NCBI GenBank assembly: GCA_028687205.1
Contig: JAQUAP010000002.1
Location: 1 to 45,685, forward strand
Source: Candidatus Omnitrophota bacterium
Lineage (GTDB): Bacteria; Omnitrophota; Gorgyraeia; Gygaellales; Profunditerraquicolaceae
Reading direction: 5' to 3'
DNA length: 45,685 nucleotides
In this document: piece by piece, positions 15,776-25,595 of the stretch
How the letters are laid out: each line of letters opens with the position of its first letter
Numbering within the stretch: the first letter of the stretch is position 1
Notes under the pieces: model-generated
Databases searched by the model: none
Seen by the model: the letters and a program-made list of their open reading frames with translations, nothing else
Told to the model about the DNA's origin: nothing
Program-made: the position numbers and the translations under genes

Positions 15776-18049
15776 TTAACTTGTATTAGGCTTATTATAG
15801 CTCTGATTAATGTTAAACTCATTCTCCGGGAAGGCCTTCAGCCTAAAAACGAAATAGATGGTGTTGCCATGATGCTTCCTGATATCATACGTAAACTCCA
15901 TGTCCCAGCAATGCAGGTTCCTGGCAATCGTAAACTGCTGCTCAAGCGAACCCTGGTCTGTGAAAACATTTGGATAAACCGATGTATCCGTAAAACCTTT
16001 CAAATTATACCTTTGGTATATGGAAAATTTCCATTTCGGGTTAATGCGCCATTTAAAGCTCGCGGTTACCTGGCTTTGGCCTTTTCTTTGATAGCGTTGG
16101 CCTATCCCGAATGAACGCTCCGGAGCAAAATCAAAGTTAACATCATAATTGACATTGGTAAAATGATGGTAATTAGCATAGTCGCTGTCAGTAGGCGCTC
16201 CGGAAAGTTTATAGGTGGCATTTCCTTCCATCCTGAGCCAGGCATAGGGAAGAATTTTCCATTTTAAAAACACGTCTGAAAAGTCGGCTCCGGTTTTAAA
16301 CTTACTGGAGCTATCGGTCTGATTAACACCAATATTATTTATGTAGATAAGGTTCGTCGCATAAGTAATCCGGGGGGCAAAGGTATAAGCAGTGTTTATG
16401 TTAAGCTCTGCCAGGTCGATACTTGTCTCTTTGCCGCTTGCGTCTTTACGCTTAGTCTGCAGTTTGTTTGTCAGCCCTAAAGAAACGGCATTGCTGGAAG
16501 TAAGCCGATCTACGCTATCTATCTGTTTTAATTTATAAACGGAGACCGTTGGTTCAGGGTTGTAGGAATAGTCGATAGTAGGAGTAATTACGTGCCTTAG
16601 ACGGTCCAAATTCAAGCCCAGGAAATCCGTTTTCACGTCAAAGACACGGTAAAACTTAGTGCTTACACTGGCTCCGAAATAAAATGTCGTCCTGCCCGGC
16701 AGGTTAGAATCCGTCGCGCTCTTATCATAAATAGTCTCCCTGACTTTGACAAAAGGACTGACGCTAAGAAATGCTACCTTCAGGGGGAGAGAAATTTTAT
16801 TCGTACTATCCAGCCGGCTAACGGTCAGGTCATCAGGCGTTTGCGGAGCGGTGACGTCTTTTTTATTAAAAGTGGTAAAGGTGCTATCACTGTCAAAATA
16901 AAAGGGCGAATCTCCCAATTGAAGCTCGGGCATAACATATTTTATCTCAGGCATTTTATCCAGCTGGTCAAACCAGTGATTAGTGCGCTTCTGCAGCAGG
17001 ACATCAATGCTGGAATACGAAAAACTATGGTGAAACAAACCGTAGGTTGACGGATTAGAGTCTTTTTCGTATTCCCTGTAGAAAAAATCCTTAAGGATGT
17101 TAGTATTGGGGTCGGCAAATTTCGTTATTTCATCCCTGATTTTATATACTTCAGCGACAAAATTTGTCTTACTGTCAATATCCCATTTATGGCGTAAACG
17201 GAAAAAATACCTTTGATACGAACCGCGCTTATCCGTGTATTTACCGTCGGGAGGCTTTTCGTCGGTAAAATAAAATTTAAAATCTCCGCTGCCCACCGGC
17301 GTCTTGGCATAGTTAAGCCCGAACCCTTCGGACCAGCCTAACCTGGTGCGAAAGTCTAAATAACCCCGGCCATCGATATTTTCAGCCAGGTTCATTGTCC
17401 ATTCGCTAAGCAGGTAATAACCCCAGTCTTTGCGTTTTCCGGGAAGGACGCTCACGTGCATAAGCGGTTTCTCAAAGAACTGGTTAAAACGCGCTAAATA
17501 CATAAGCGGCACCGGGCCGAGGTACAGGTAATCATCCCTGGTCTGAATCTTCTCTTTAGGGATAATATTGATCTGCTTGGAGCTAACGCGGTAATGCGGC
17601 CGGTCAAAACTGCAGGTAGAGGCATACCCATAGTGGGCGATGATTTCCTTGCCGCCTTCTTTGTCAACCGTCCTGGCTTTTCCGAAAAAAGGACTGGACC
17701 TGAATTGCGCATCGACGATAGTGCCGACCTTGGTCTGAAAATTATAAATTAACTTCTCGCCCTCAACGATACCTTTTTTATCTTCCAGCCTGGCATGGCC
17801 GGAGGCTATGCCTTCTTTAGTCTGGGTATTCACGGTCAGCTTCTGGCAGGTAAGCCTGGTATCTCCCGAGATAATCTCTACGTTCCCCGAAGCGGTTACC
17901 TCCTGGGCATCGGCGGAATATTCCACGCTATCGCCGTTAATGATCAATGGCTGGGATTTTGCGCCGGCTTTGACGAGCTCCTCGGCGTAGGAGACAGAGG
18001 CGCAAGACAATACTAAAATAAAACCTAAGCAGGATAATCTTTTCAGCAT
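15776..18049 (-). CDS. lptD: LPS-assembly outer-membrane protein LptD (OstA family)
   Basis: 757 aa. Signal peptide, an OstA-like N-domain (INGDSVEYSADAQEVTASGNVEIISGDTRLTCQKLTVN), then a long aromatic-rich beta-barrel region. Confidence 0.8.
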   Translation of the reverse strand: MLKRLSCLGFILVLSCASVSYAEELVKAGAKSQPLIINGDSVEYSADAQEVTASGNVEIISGDTRLTCQKLTVNTQTKEGIASGHARLEDKKGIVEGEKLIYNFQTKVGTIVDAQFRSSPFFGKARTVDKEGGKEIIAHYGYASTCSFDRPHYRVSSKQINIIPKEKIQTRDDYLYLGPVPLMYLARFNQFFEKPLMHVSVLPGKRKDWGYYLLSEWTMNLAENIDGRGYLDFRTRLGWSEGFGLNYAKTPVGSGDFKFYFTDEKPPDGKYTDKRGSYQRYFFRLRHKWDIDSKTNFVAEVYKIRDEITKFADPNTNILKDFFYREYEKDSNPSTYGLFHHSFSYSSIDVLLQKRTNHWFDQLDKMPEIKYVMPELQLGDSPFYFDSDSTFTTFNKKDVTAPQTPDDLTVSRLDSTNKISLPLKVAFLSVSPFVKVRETIYDKSATDSNLPGRTTFYFGASVSTKFYRVFDVKTDFLGLNLDRLRHVITPTIDYSYNPEPTVSVYKLKQIDSVDRLTSSNAVSLGLTNKLQTKRKDASGKETSIDLAELNINTAYTFAPRITYATNLIYINNIGVNQTDSSSKFKTGADFSDVFLKWKILPYAWLRMEGNATYKLSGAPTDSDYANYHHFTNVNYDVNFDFAPERSFGIGQRYQRKGQSQVTASFKWRINPKWKFSIYQRYNLKGFTDTSVYPNVFTDQGSLEQQFTIARNLHCWDMEFTYDIRKHHGNTIYFVFRLKAFPENEFNINQSYNKPNTS

Positions 18050-18694
18050 CTATTTCGGTATCTTTTTATAGTCCTCGATAAACCTCTGTATCCCTATATC
18101 CGTAAGCGGATGTTTTATTAATTGCTCAATTACCTTAAAAGGGATGGTGGCTATATCAGCTCCGATAAGCGCGGCTTCCAGCACATGCACGGGATTACGC
18201 ACCGACGCTACGATAATCTCGGTCTTAAAAGCATAATTATTATAGATGGTTTTAATCTGCCGGATTAAATCCATGCCTGGCTGGCTGATATCGTCTAACC
18301 TGCCGATAAAAGGAGAAACATAATCTGCTCCGGCCTTGGCTACCAGTAGCGCCTGGTTGGCTGAAAAACAGAGGGTAACATTTGTCTTTACGCCTTCCTT
18401 CGCTAAAACCCTGACTGCCCTTATCCCCTCTTTAGTCAGCGGTATCTTGACCACGATGTTTTTGGCAATGCGGCTCAAGTCCCGCGCTTCCTTAACCATG
18501 CCGTCCGCGTCAAGGCTGATTGCTTCCGCGCTTACGGGCCCGGAGACGACGGAACAAATCTCCCGCAATAATTCGTTGGCCGGCCGGCTTTCCCTCGCTA
18601 CTAAAGAGGGATTGGTGGTTACCCCGTCTATTACTCCGAGGCTGACCGCCTCCTTTATCTCTTTAATGTTCGCGGTATCAATAAATATCTTCAT
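18050..18694 (-). CDS. tal: Transaldolase type 3B / fructose-6-phosphate aldolase
   Basis: 214 aa. Contains [16 protein letters not shown]...GVTTNPSL and VKIPLT (Schiff-base Lys context). Confidence 0.93.
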   Translation of the reverse strand: MKIFIDTANIKEIKEAVSLGVIDGVTTNPSLVARESRPANELLREICSVVSGPVSAEAISLDADGMVKEARDLSRIAKNIVVKIPLTKEGIRAVRVLAKEGVKTNVTLCFSANQALLVAKAGADYVSPFIGRLDDISQPGMDLIRQIKTIYNNYAFKTEIIVASVRNPVHVLEAALIGADIATIPFKVIEQLIKHPLTDIGIQRFIEDYKKIPK

Positions 18695-19615
18695 TTATAA
18701 ACCTTCCTTTACCATTATCGCAGCGCCGATTAAACCTGCTTCATTTCCCAGTTTTGCCTTGAATATCTTTACATGCCCGGCCTGCACGCTCATAGCCTGG
18801 TCTTTAAGGGCCTGCTTTATACTCTCAAATAATACATTACCCGCTCCGGCAACCCCTCCTCCGATAACGATAGCATCCAGGTTCAACAGGTTTACCACTC
18901 CTGCCAGCGCGAAGCCCAAATGGCCGCCTGTTTTACGCCAGACAGCTATTGCCAGCCTGTTGCGCTTTATGGCCAGCCAGCTTAATTCTTCAAGCGTAAT
19001 ACTGCGCTTAAAAGTTTTCCTTGCCTCCTTAATGATCCTCTGGTTGCCGACATAGGCCTCTAAACATCCCAGGGCCCCGCAATTGCAGGGCGCGCCTTTC
19101 TCGTTTATCGGCAGGTGCCCTATTTCGCCGGCGGCGTTATTAAAACCCCGGTAGAGTTTATTGTTAATAATAATCCCCCCGCCTATCCCGGTGCCTAATG
19201 TCATACACAAAACATTACGGTAGCCTTTTGCCGCCCCCAGCTTATGCTCGGCCAGGGTCATTAGCTTGGCGTCATTATCCAGGTAGACCGCCAGGCTGAG
19301 TTTTTTTCTTAAAATATCCCTTAAAGCCACTTCTTTCCATCCGGGGATATTGGGGAAAAAATGGACTATTCCCCTCTTGGCGTCTATCGGCCCGGGCAGG
19401 CCCAGCCCCACGCCCAGGATCTGCGCTTTACTCAAGGCATTATATTTAATAAACCTGTTGACAGAATGCACAATCCCCTGGATGAGGTCATCCTTTTCCA
19501 TAAAAGAGCGCGTGCTTAAAATTTCCCTATCTTTTATTTTGTAATTTAGGTCCAGGAGGGCGACTTTCAGGTTGGTGCCGCCTAAGTCAATACAAATAAT
19601 AAATTTCTTGGCCAT
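18695..19615 (-). CDS. glk: ROK-family glucokinase
   Basis: 306 aa. Contains IDLGGTNLK, LDNDA and the zinc motif GHL...CNCGALGCLEAY. Confidence 0.88.
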   Translation of the reverse strand: MAKKFIICIDLGGTNLKVALLDLNYKIKDREILSTRSFMEKDDLIQGIVHSVNRFIKYNALSKAQILGVGLGLPGPIDAKRGIVHFFPNIPGWKEVALRDILRKKLSLAVYLDNDAKLMTLAEHKLGAAKGYRNVLCMTLGTGIGGGIIINNKLYRGFNNAAGEIGHLPINEKGAPCNCGALGCLEAYVGNQRIIKEARKTFKRSITLEELSWLAIKRNRLAIAVWRKTGGHLGFALAGVVNLLNLDAIVIGGGVAGAGNVLFESIKQALKDQAMSVQAGHVKIFKAKLGNEAGLIGAAIMVKEGL

Positions 19616-19727
19616 ATTGAAGAGTATTTTATATCAAAAATTATAGAATAACAAGCCCTTACGCCAAATATTCAGTTAGGTTAGCATAAAAATCTAAAAG
19701 CTACAAGGGATATTCTTAAAAGATTGG

Positions 19728-20723
19728 CTATTTTGCCGTATACGCGCAGACTTTATTCCTGCCTGTCTGCTTGGCTGTGTATAAGGCTTTATCCGCGGAT
19801 TCAATAAGCTTTTCTATTGTTTCGCCGTCACCGGGGAAAGTAGCTATGCCTATGCTGATGGTGACTTTTAATTCTTCGTCATATACCCTGATATTTTTTG
19901 TTTCTACGGCCTGCCTGAGGCGCTCGGCGGCAAAACGCGCCTGTTCCTTATCCGTTTCAACCAGGATAATGGATAATTCCTCCCCCCCATACCTGCCTAC
20001 AAAATCAATCTGCCGGATAGTCTCTTTGATGGTCCTGGAGACCTCCCGCAATATGGCATCGCCTACTAAATGCCCGTATTTATCGTTAAATTCCTTGAAT
20101 TTGTCTATATCAACCATAAGAAAAGAAAACCTGTATTTAAATTTTTTAGAACGGTTTAGTTCTTCCCTGAACCGGTCAAGAAAATGCCTGCGGCTGAATA
20201 ATTGCGTCAGGCTGTCGGTAATCGCTAATTCCTGCATTTTTTTATAGAGGAGCACTCTCTTGAGCCCGATTAAAAACTGCTGGGCGAGTATCTGAAACCT
20301 ATCCTTATCCTCGGCGTTGATTTCACTGGCGATTAAATAACCGATGGTATCCTGCTGGATAACTAAAGGAAAGACAGTGCTCTCCTTATATGGAGACAAA
20401 TCGATATCCTTATCCAGGAACCGGCAGTCCCCTATTTTTAGATAGTCGTTTATGCGCTCCCGAAAGATAGCGAATATCTTTTTTTCATCCAGCGTCTTAC
20501 AGATATCCTTGGTTATGTTATAAAGCGCTATGGTTTCATTAACTGTCCCCTCGATAGCCAGGTTATCTTTTTTAAGCCCGGATTTTTCTTCCAGCAGTAT
20601 CGCGTATTCGGATTCCAGGTTTTTCAAGTTGCCCTCTTTTTTAAGCAAGGACTCCCCCAGCGCCTTTTTTAAAGCCAGGGCGGCTAAAATAGTCAAGAGG
20701 ATAAGCGCCCCTAGGTACAACAT
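19728..20723 (-). CDS. Membrane-anchored diguanylate cyclase (GGDEF domain; motif GGEEL with RQID I-site)
   Basis: 331 aa. N-terminal TM helix, a coiled coil, a GAF-like middle region, then DSLTQLFSRRHF...RQIDFVGRYGGEELSIIL. Confidence 0.85.
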   Translation of the reverse strand: MLYLGALILLTILAALALKKALGESLLKKEGNLKNLESEYAILLEEKSGLKKDNLAIEGTVNETIALYNITKDICKTLDEKKIFAIFRERINDYLKIGDCRFLDKDIDLSPYKESTVFPLVIQQDTIGYLIASEINAEDKDRFQILAQQFLIGLKRVLLYKKMQELAITDSLTQLFSRRHFLDRFREELNRSKKFKYRFSFLMVDIDKFKEFNDKYGHLVGDAILREVSRTIKETIRQIDFVGRYGGEELSIILVETDKEQARFAAERLRQAVETKNIRVYDEELKVTISIGIATFPGDGETIEKLIESADKALYTAKQTGRNKVCAYTAK

Positions 20724-22012
20724 ACCCGGTTCCTTCCTTTTTGCTTGGCCTTATACATCGCCTTATCTGCCCGCTGGATTAATTCATCTTCCTCGGCAGC
20801 GTCAGCCGGCAAGTTAGCTACGCCTATGGATACAGTGATATGGCTTTCCTCGCGGCGCAAGATTATCTCTTCTTCCTCTATCCTGTGGCGCAGGGCCTCC
20901 GCGACGCTGACTGCGCTGTTCTTATCCATACCGGTGATAATAACGCAGAATTCCTCTCCTCCAAAACGGCTGATGATGGGATTAAAATTACTTAAGGAGT
21001 TGGTGATAATCTGGCTTACCTTTTTTAGCACGATGTCGCCGGCGGTATGCCCGAATTTATCGTTATAATTTTTGAATAAATCGATATCCAGCATCAACAG
21101 GGATAGGGGCATCTTCTGCCGGATAGCCCGCTTGCATTCCTCTTTCAGGCGTTCGCTAAAGTAACCCTTGGTATAAAGCGTAGTCAACGCGTCATGTATG
21201 GCCAGGTCCTGCGTCCTTTTAAAAAGCTCGCTATTCTCTAAAGCCACCGCCCCTAAATCAGCGACGGAAACCAGGAACCTTAAATCATCCTGGGAGTAAA
21301 AATACCTGGCTGTATTATCCAGCCGGATAACGCCTAAAAATTTATTTTCGCTGGTAAATGGCGCGGCGATAAGCGAGGAAACAGGCCGGGCGTCCTGAAG
21401 CCTTAATTTTTCGGAGTCAAAACGAAAATCATTATTAATATCTTCGACTAACAAAGGGCTGGTATGCCTTAATACCCATAAATCAAAGATATTGCCTTCT
21501 TTAGCTTTTATCACCAGTTGCGGGTCCTCTCTCTTAGCCTTAAAGAGCAAGAGCTTCTGGGTCTGGTTATCCACCAGGTATAAAACACAGACCCCCCGGT
21601 TATTGGCGATAAGCGAAAACGCTTCCGAGGCAAACGTATCCGCCACTACATCCAGATCCAGGCTTTGGTTTATCCCTTCAAGTATCCTCTTTAAACTGTT
21701 GTAGCGCCTGTACTTTTCTTTCAGGGCAAGATTATTTTTGTGTTCTTTGGAATATTCTACGCTTAAGAGATTAAATTTTTCCCGGAGTTCCTGGGCGCGC
21801 GAATCAAAAGCATAGTTTGCGGCGGAATTTTTTCTCAAAATACAAATGACCGTAACGCTGTTAAGCAGGTAGAATAAAAAAAGATACTTCAGGTTATGCG
21901 GGCTGATGAACCTGGCAAGATTTAAGGGAAGGATAAAATAAAGGAGCAGGATTAAAAAAACGCCGGCAGTTACCTTTAAGGGAAAACTTCTCCCTAAGGA
22001 AGGATTGGCCAT
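20711..22012 (-). CDS. Membrane GAF-GGDEF diguanylate cyclase (GGEEF, no RxxD I-site)
   Basis: 433 aa. Two TM helices, a GAF-like region, then HDALTTLYTKGYF...ISRFGGEEFCVII. Overlaps the downstream GGDEF gene by 13 nt. Confidence 0.87.
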   Translation of the reverse strand: MANPSLGRSFPLKVTAGVFLILLLYFILPLNLARFISPHNLKYLFLFYLLNSVTVICILRKNSAANYAFDSRAQELREKFNLLSVEYSKEHKNNLALKEKYRRYNSLKRILEGINQSLDLDVVADTFASEAFSLIANNRGVCVLYLVDNQTQKLLLFKAKREDPQLVIKAKEGNIFDLWVLRHTSPLLVEDINNDFRFDSEKLRLQDARPVSSLIAAPFTSENKFLGVIRLDNTARYFYSQDDLRFLVSVADLGAVALENSELFKRTQDLAIHDALTTLYTKGYFSERLKEECKRAIRQKMPLSLLMLDIDLFKNYNDKFGHTAGDIVLKKVSQIITNSLSNFNPIISRFGGEEFCVIITGMDKNSAVSVAEALRHRIEEEEIILRREESHITVSIGVANLPADAAEEDELIQRADKAMYKAKQKGRNRVCCT

Positions 22013-22027
22013 AGTAATATTTTTCCG

Positions 22028-23131
22028 CTAGACAATCGTATCTTCGCTGTCTTTATCAAAAAAATGGACCTTGCTCATATTAAAGACAAGTTCCATATCC
22101 TGATTGATCTTGGGGCGGTCATGCGCGCCTACGCGGGCGATAAAAGTGTGCTTTCCGGTGTTCAGGTAAAGGTAGACCTCCGAGCCCATCGGCTCATAAA
22201 CCTCGCAGTTAACCTTGACGATATTCTCCGGCGGCGCCTCGGAAACAAAAAGTTTATCATAGATGTCTTCGGAACGTATGCCAAAGATTACCTCTTTATC
22301 AACATAGGCGTTCATCTTCTGGCGCATATCGTCGACGAGCTTGACCTGGATCTTGCCTTCCTCAAAATAGAGCCGGCCGTCTTTCTTGATAATCTTACCT
22401 TTCATAAAATTCATCGGCGGAGAGCCGATAAAGCCGGCCACGAATTTATTCTTAGGATGGTCGTAGACGGTGATCGGGTCGGCAACCTGGTGCAGTATGC
22501 CGTCCTTCATTACCGCGATCCGGTCGCCCATCGTCATAGCCTCCACCTGGTCATGGGTAACATAGATTATGGTAGTCTGGAGCCTGATATGTAACTTGTG
22601 GATTTCGGTGCGCATCTGGACGCGCATCTTGGCATCCAGGTTGCTCAAGGGCTCATCGAATAAAAAGACCAGCGGTTTTCTCACAATCGCCCTGCCCACG
22701 GCTACGCGCTGGCGCTCGCCGCCGGAAAGCTCCCTGGGCCGGCGCTGCAATAATTTCTTTATGCCTAATACATCCGCGGCTTCATTCACCCTTTGGATGA
22801 TTTCGGATTTCGGTATGCGCCGCAGGCGCAGGCCAAAAGACATATTCTCAAACACGGTCATATGCGGATAAAGGGCGTAATTCTGGAAGACCATGGCAAT
22901 ATCCCTGTCTTTTGCCGGGACGTCATTAACCCGCTTATTGCCTATATAAATATCGCCTGAAGTTATCTCTTCCAGGCCCGCAACCATCCTTAGGGTTGTG
23001 GATTTTCCGCAGCCGGAAGGGCCGACCAGGACCATAAACTCCTTATTTTCAATCCCTATGTTTACATTATCTACTGCTTTAATATTACCCGGAAAAACCT
23101 TAGAGACATTGTTTAAACTGACCTGCGCCAT
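22028..23131 (-). CDS. Sugar-type ABC transporter ATP-binding protein (MalK/UgpC/MsmX family)
   Basis: 367 aa. Walker A GPSGCGKST, signature LSGGERQRVAVGRA, Walker B LFDEPLSNLD, and a C-terminal MalK-like regulatory domain. Confidence 0.93.
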   Translation of the reverse strand: MAQVSLNNVSKVFPGNIKAVDNVNIGIENKEFMVLVGPSGCGKSTTLRMVAGLEEITSGDIYIGNKRVNDVPAKDRDIAMVFQNYALYPHMTVFENMSFGLRLRRIPKSEIIQRVNEAADVLGIKKLLQRRPRELSGGERQRVAVGRAIVRKPLVFLFDEPLSNLDAKMRVQMRTEIHKLHIRLQTTIIYVTHDQVEAMTMGDRIAVMKDGILHQVADPITVYDHPKNKFVAGFIGSPPMNFMKGKIIKKDGRLYFEEGKIQVKLVDDMRQKMNAYVDKEVIFGIRSEDIYDKLFVSEAPPENIVKVNCEVYEPMGSEVYLYLNTGKHTFIARVGAHDRPKINQDMELVFNMSKVHFFDKDSEDTIV

Positions 23132-23183
23132 CTTTCTCCTTGTTGTGTCTGGCTAAGAACAACTTAGTATAATTATATTAAAT

Positions 23184-24023
23184 TTAACGCAGATAATCAA
23201 GTAATTGGCTTAAAGTGGCCTTTAGGGCCTTACGCTGCACAATCATATCGATAAGCCCATGCTCAAGTAAAAATTCTGAACGCTGGAATCCTGCAGGCAG
23301 TTTTTGCCTTATCGTCTGCTCGATGACCCTGGGGCCGGCGAATCCGATTAAAGCGCGGGGTTCGGCAATAATAATATCGCCCACTCCGGCAAAAGATGCC
23401 ATCACTCCGCCCATCGTAGGGTTAGTGAGCACGGAAATATATGGTAAGCCGGACCGATGGTGGCGGCTTAAAGCCGCGCAGGTCTTGGACATCTGCATAA
23501 GGCTGAGCATCCCCTCATACATCCTCGCCCCGCCCCCTGAGCCGGAAATAATAATGACGGGGAGTTTATTTTTAGTCCCGGCTTCAATAGCGCGGGTAAT
23601 CTTTTCTCCTACCACCGAACCCATCGAGCCCATAATGAAGCGCGAATCCGTAACCGCGATAATAGTCTTCTTGGCGTCCAGCGACCCTTCGCCTGATACC
23701 ACCGCGTCTCTCAGGCCTGTTGCCTGCTGGTCCTGGGAAAGCTTATCCTTATAAGTCTTGGGGCCTTTAAAATCCAAAGGGTCCGCGGAGAGCATATCCG
23801 CGTCATATTCCCGGAAGGTATCTTTATCCAGGAGCATATTTATCCTCTCGTAGGCGCCCAGAGAAAAATGATACCCGCACTTAGGGCAAACCTTAAAATT
23901 CTCTTCAATGGTTTTATTGTAGAGGACTTCCGCGCACTCCTCGCATTTGGTCCAGAGGCCGTCGGGTATCTCTCTTTTCTTTACCCTGACAATCGTATAT
24001 TTTGGCTTACCGAAGAGCGCCAT
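23184..24023 (-). CDS. accD: Acetyl-CoA carboxylase carboxyltransferase beta subunit
   Basis: 279 aa. Zinc ribbon WTKCEECAEVLY...CPKCGYH, then the GGARM carboxyltransferase region. Confidence 0.95.
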   Translation of the reverse strand: MALFGKPKYTIVRVKKREIPDGLWTKCEECAEVLYNKTIEENFKVCPKCGYHFSLGAYERINMLLDKDTFREYDADMLSADPLDFKGPKTYKDKLSQDQQATGLRDAVVSGEGSLDAKKTIIAVTDSRFIMGSMGSVVGEKITRAIEAGTKNKLPVIIISGSGGGARMYEGMLSLMQMSKTCAALSRHHRSGLPYISVLTNPTMGGVMASFAGVGDIIIAEPRALIGFAGPRVIEQTIRQKLPAGFQRSEFLLEHGLIDMIVQRKALKATLSQLLDYLR

Positions 24024-25316
24024 TTACCTTACCCCCTCATCATGCTTGTTAATCACCAGGCCGGAGAGGACCTTGGGATAAAAATAGGTGGATTTTGCCG
24101 GCATTTTATTTCCGCTCAGGGCTACCGCCATAATCTGCTCAATTTTGACCGGGTTCAGGAAAAAGGCGATACTTAAACGGTCCTGATCCACCGCGGCGAT
24201 GAATTCTTCTGCGTTGGGGCTGTAGCTCAAATTATTTTTCTCTACCGAATCGTACCCCAGTATATCCTTAAAAATAATCTGGTTTAAAATAGCTACATCC
24301 AACGCGCGGTATTCTTTGGGCTTATCGCTGAGCAGCTTATCCAGGATTTTAATATTTTTTAGCCGTAAGAGCCAATATTTTTTATCCTTATACATCCCCA
24401 GGACATGTTCTGCGCGGCCGCCTTTCTCCATCAGGAAGAAAAAACGGGTTTTATCCTTAACCTCTTCAACATCAAAATAATTTTTTAACGCCGGGGTAAT
24501 CTGCTCCAAATTTACCGCCCGCTCTAATCTTAAGAGGCGGTGCAGGGGCAAGATGGAGAGCCCGCGCTGGTCGGTATTGGTAAAATAAGCCAGTGTATAA
24601 TTAAAACTTGCCTCCTCGGGAAATTCATCCCCGAGCTTTTGCTTCATCTCATCCCGGTAGGCGCAGGAAACCTCGTAGCGATGGTGGCCATCCGCGATAA
24701 AAGCCTCTTCCTTCTGCAGTCCTGACTGCAGCATATTTAATGCCTCGGGGGCATCTATCCTCCATACCCTATGGAGCGTCCCTGCGTTATCTTTCAGCTC
24801 TATAAAAGCCGGCTTATCTTTGGCGTATTGTTCGTATAAACGCTGGATAACCCGCTGGTTATCTTTAGTAATGATGAATACCGGGCTTAAATTAGCATTA
24901 ACCCTGCGCATAAGGTTTAAGCGGTCTTCTTTTGCCTCTATCCGCGTATGTTCGTGGCCGAATACCGGAGAGCCCCTGTCGCCAAGCCCCAAAAGCGCGA
25001 TCACCCCTAAACGGGTTTTCTTTTCTCCCTTGATATTGTAATGCTGGCTGTAAAAATATACCGCGCTCCTTGTATCCCGGATGAGTATTTTATTTTTAAG
25101 CCAATTCTCAAAAAGCAGGCCGGCCCGGGCGTATTTATCCTCGCCGGGAATATCTTTGCCTAAAAGTATATGGATATAATTATACGGGTTAAGATTATGG
25201 TAATAATCCTGCTGTAGAGGGGAAATCACATCATACGGGGGGCAGACTAAGGCAGACAGGTCTTTTAACTTCTGCTGATTATAAAAAACCGCCTTGAAGG
25301 GCTTAATCTTTATCAT
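24024..25316 (-). CDS. DUF1015 family protein
   Basis: 430 aa. N-terminus MIKIKPFKAVFYN and internal ADGHHRYE are characteristic of DUF1015. Confidence 0.8.
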   Translation of the reverse strand: MIKIKPFKAVFYNQQKLKDLSALVCPPYDVISPLQQDYYHNLNPYNYIHILLGKDIPGEDKYARAGLLFENWLKNKILIRDTRSAVYFYSQHYNIKGEKKTRLGVIALLGLGDRGSPVFGHEHTRIEAKEDRLNLMRRVNANLSPVFIITKDNQRVIQRLYEQYAKDKPAFIELKDNAGTLHRVWRIDAPEALNMLQSGLQKEEAFIADGHHRYEVSCAYRDEMKQKLGDEFPEEASFNYTLAYFTNTDQRGLSILPLHRLLRLERAVNLEQITPALKNYFDVEEVKDKTRFFFLMEKGGRAEHVLGMYKDKKYWLLRLKNIKILDKLLSDKPKEYRALDVAILNQIIFKDILGYDSVEKNNLSYSPNAEEFIAAVDQDRLSIAFFLNPVKIEQIMAVALSGNKMPAKSTYFYPKVLSGLVINKHDEGVR

Positions 25317-25322
25317 TGTTTA

Positions 25323-25592
25323 TCAGCGGGCATGCGGACAATTGCTGCAACCTGTATTTTTAGCAGGACACGCAGCGGGCTTCTCTTTAGAAGGGGCATT
25401 CTTGGTTGAAGGCTTGCGGTAATCAGTAGCATAGAACCCTGAACCTTTAAAGATTATACCCGAGCCGCCTCCGATAAGCCTGTCTATTTTCTTATGGCAT
25501 TTGGGGCATTTTTCAATAGGCTTATCGGTGATCTTTTGAAATATATCAAAAACCTTGTTGCAATTCTTGCATTCGTATTCATAGGTGGGCAT
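25323..25592 (-). CDS. FmdB-family zinc-ribbon protein
   Basis: 89 aa. MPTYEYECKNCNKVFDIFQKITD...CPKC. The C-terminal tail carries additional Cys (CPAKNTGCSNCPH). Confidence 0.85.
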   Translation of the reverse strand: MPTYEYECKNCNKVFDIFQKITDKPIEKCPKCHKKIDRLIGGGSGIIFKGSGFYATDYRKPSTKNAPSKEKPAACPAKNTGCSNCPHAR

Positions 25593-25595
25593 CTA

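Noticed and set aside
22028-23131. Orphan MalK/MsmX-like ABC ATPase as a sign of a disrupted transporter locus
   Set aside because: Stand-alone multitask sugar-ABC ATPases (MsmX type) are well known. The gene is intact and there are no permease pseudogene remnants in the short flanks.
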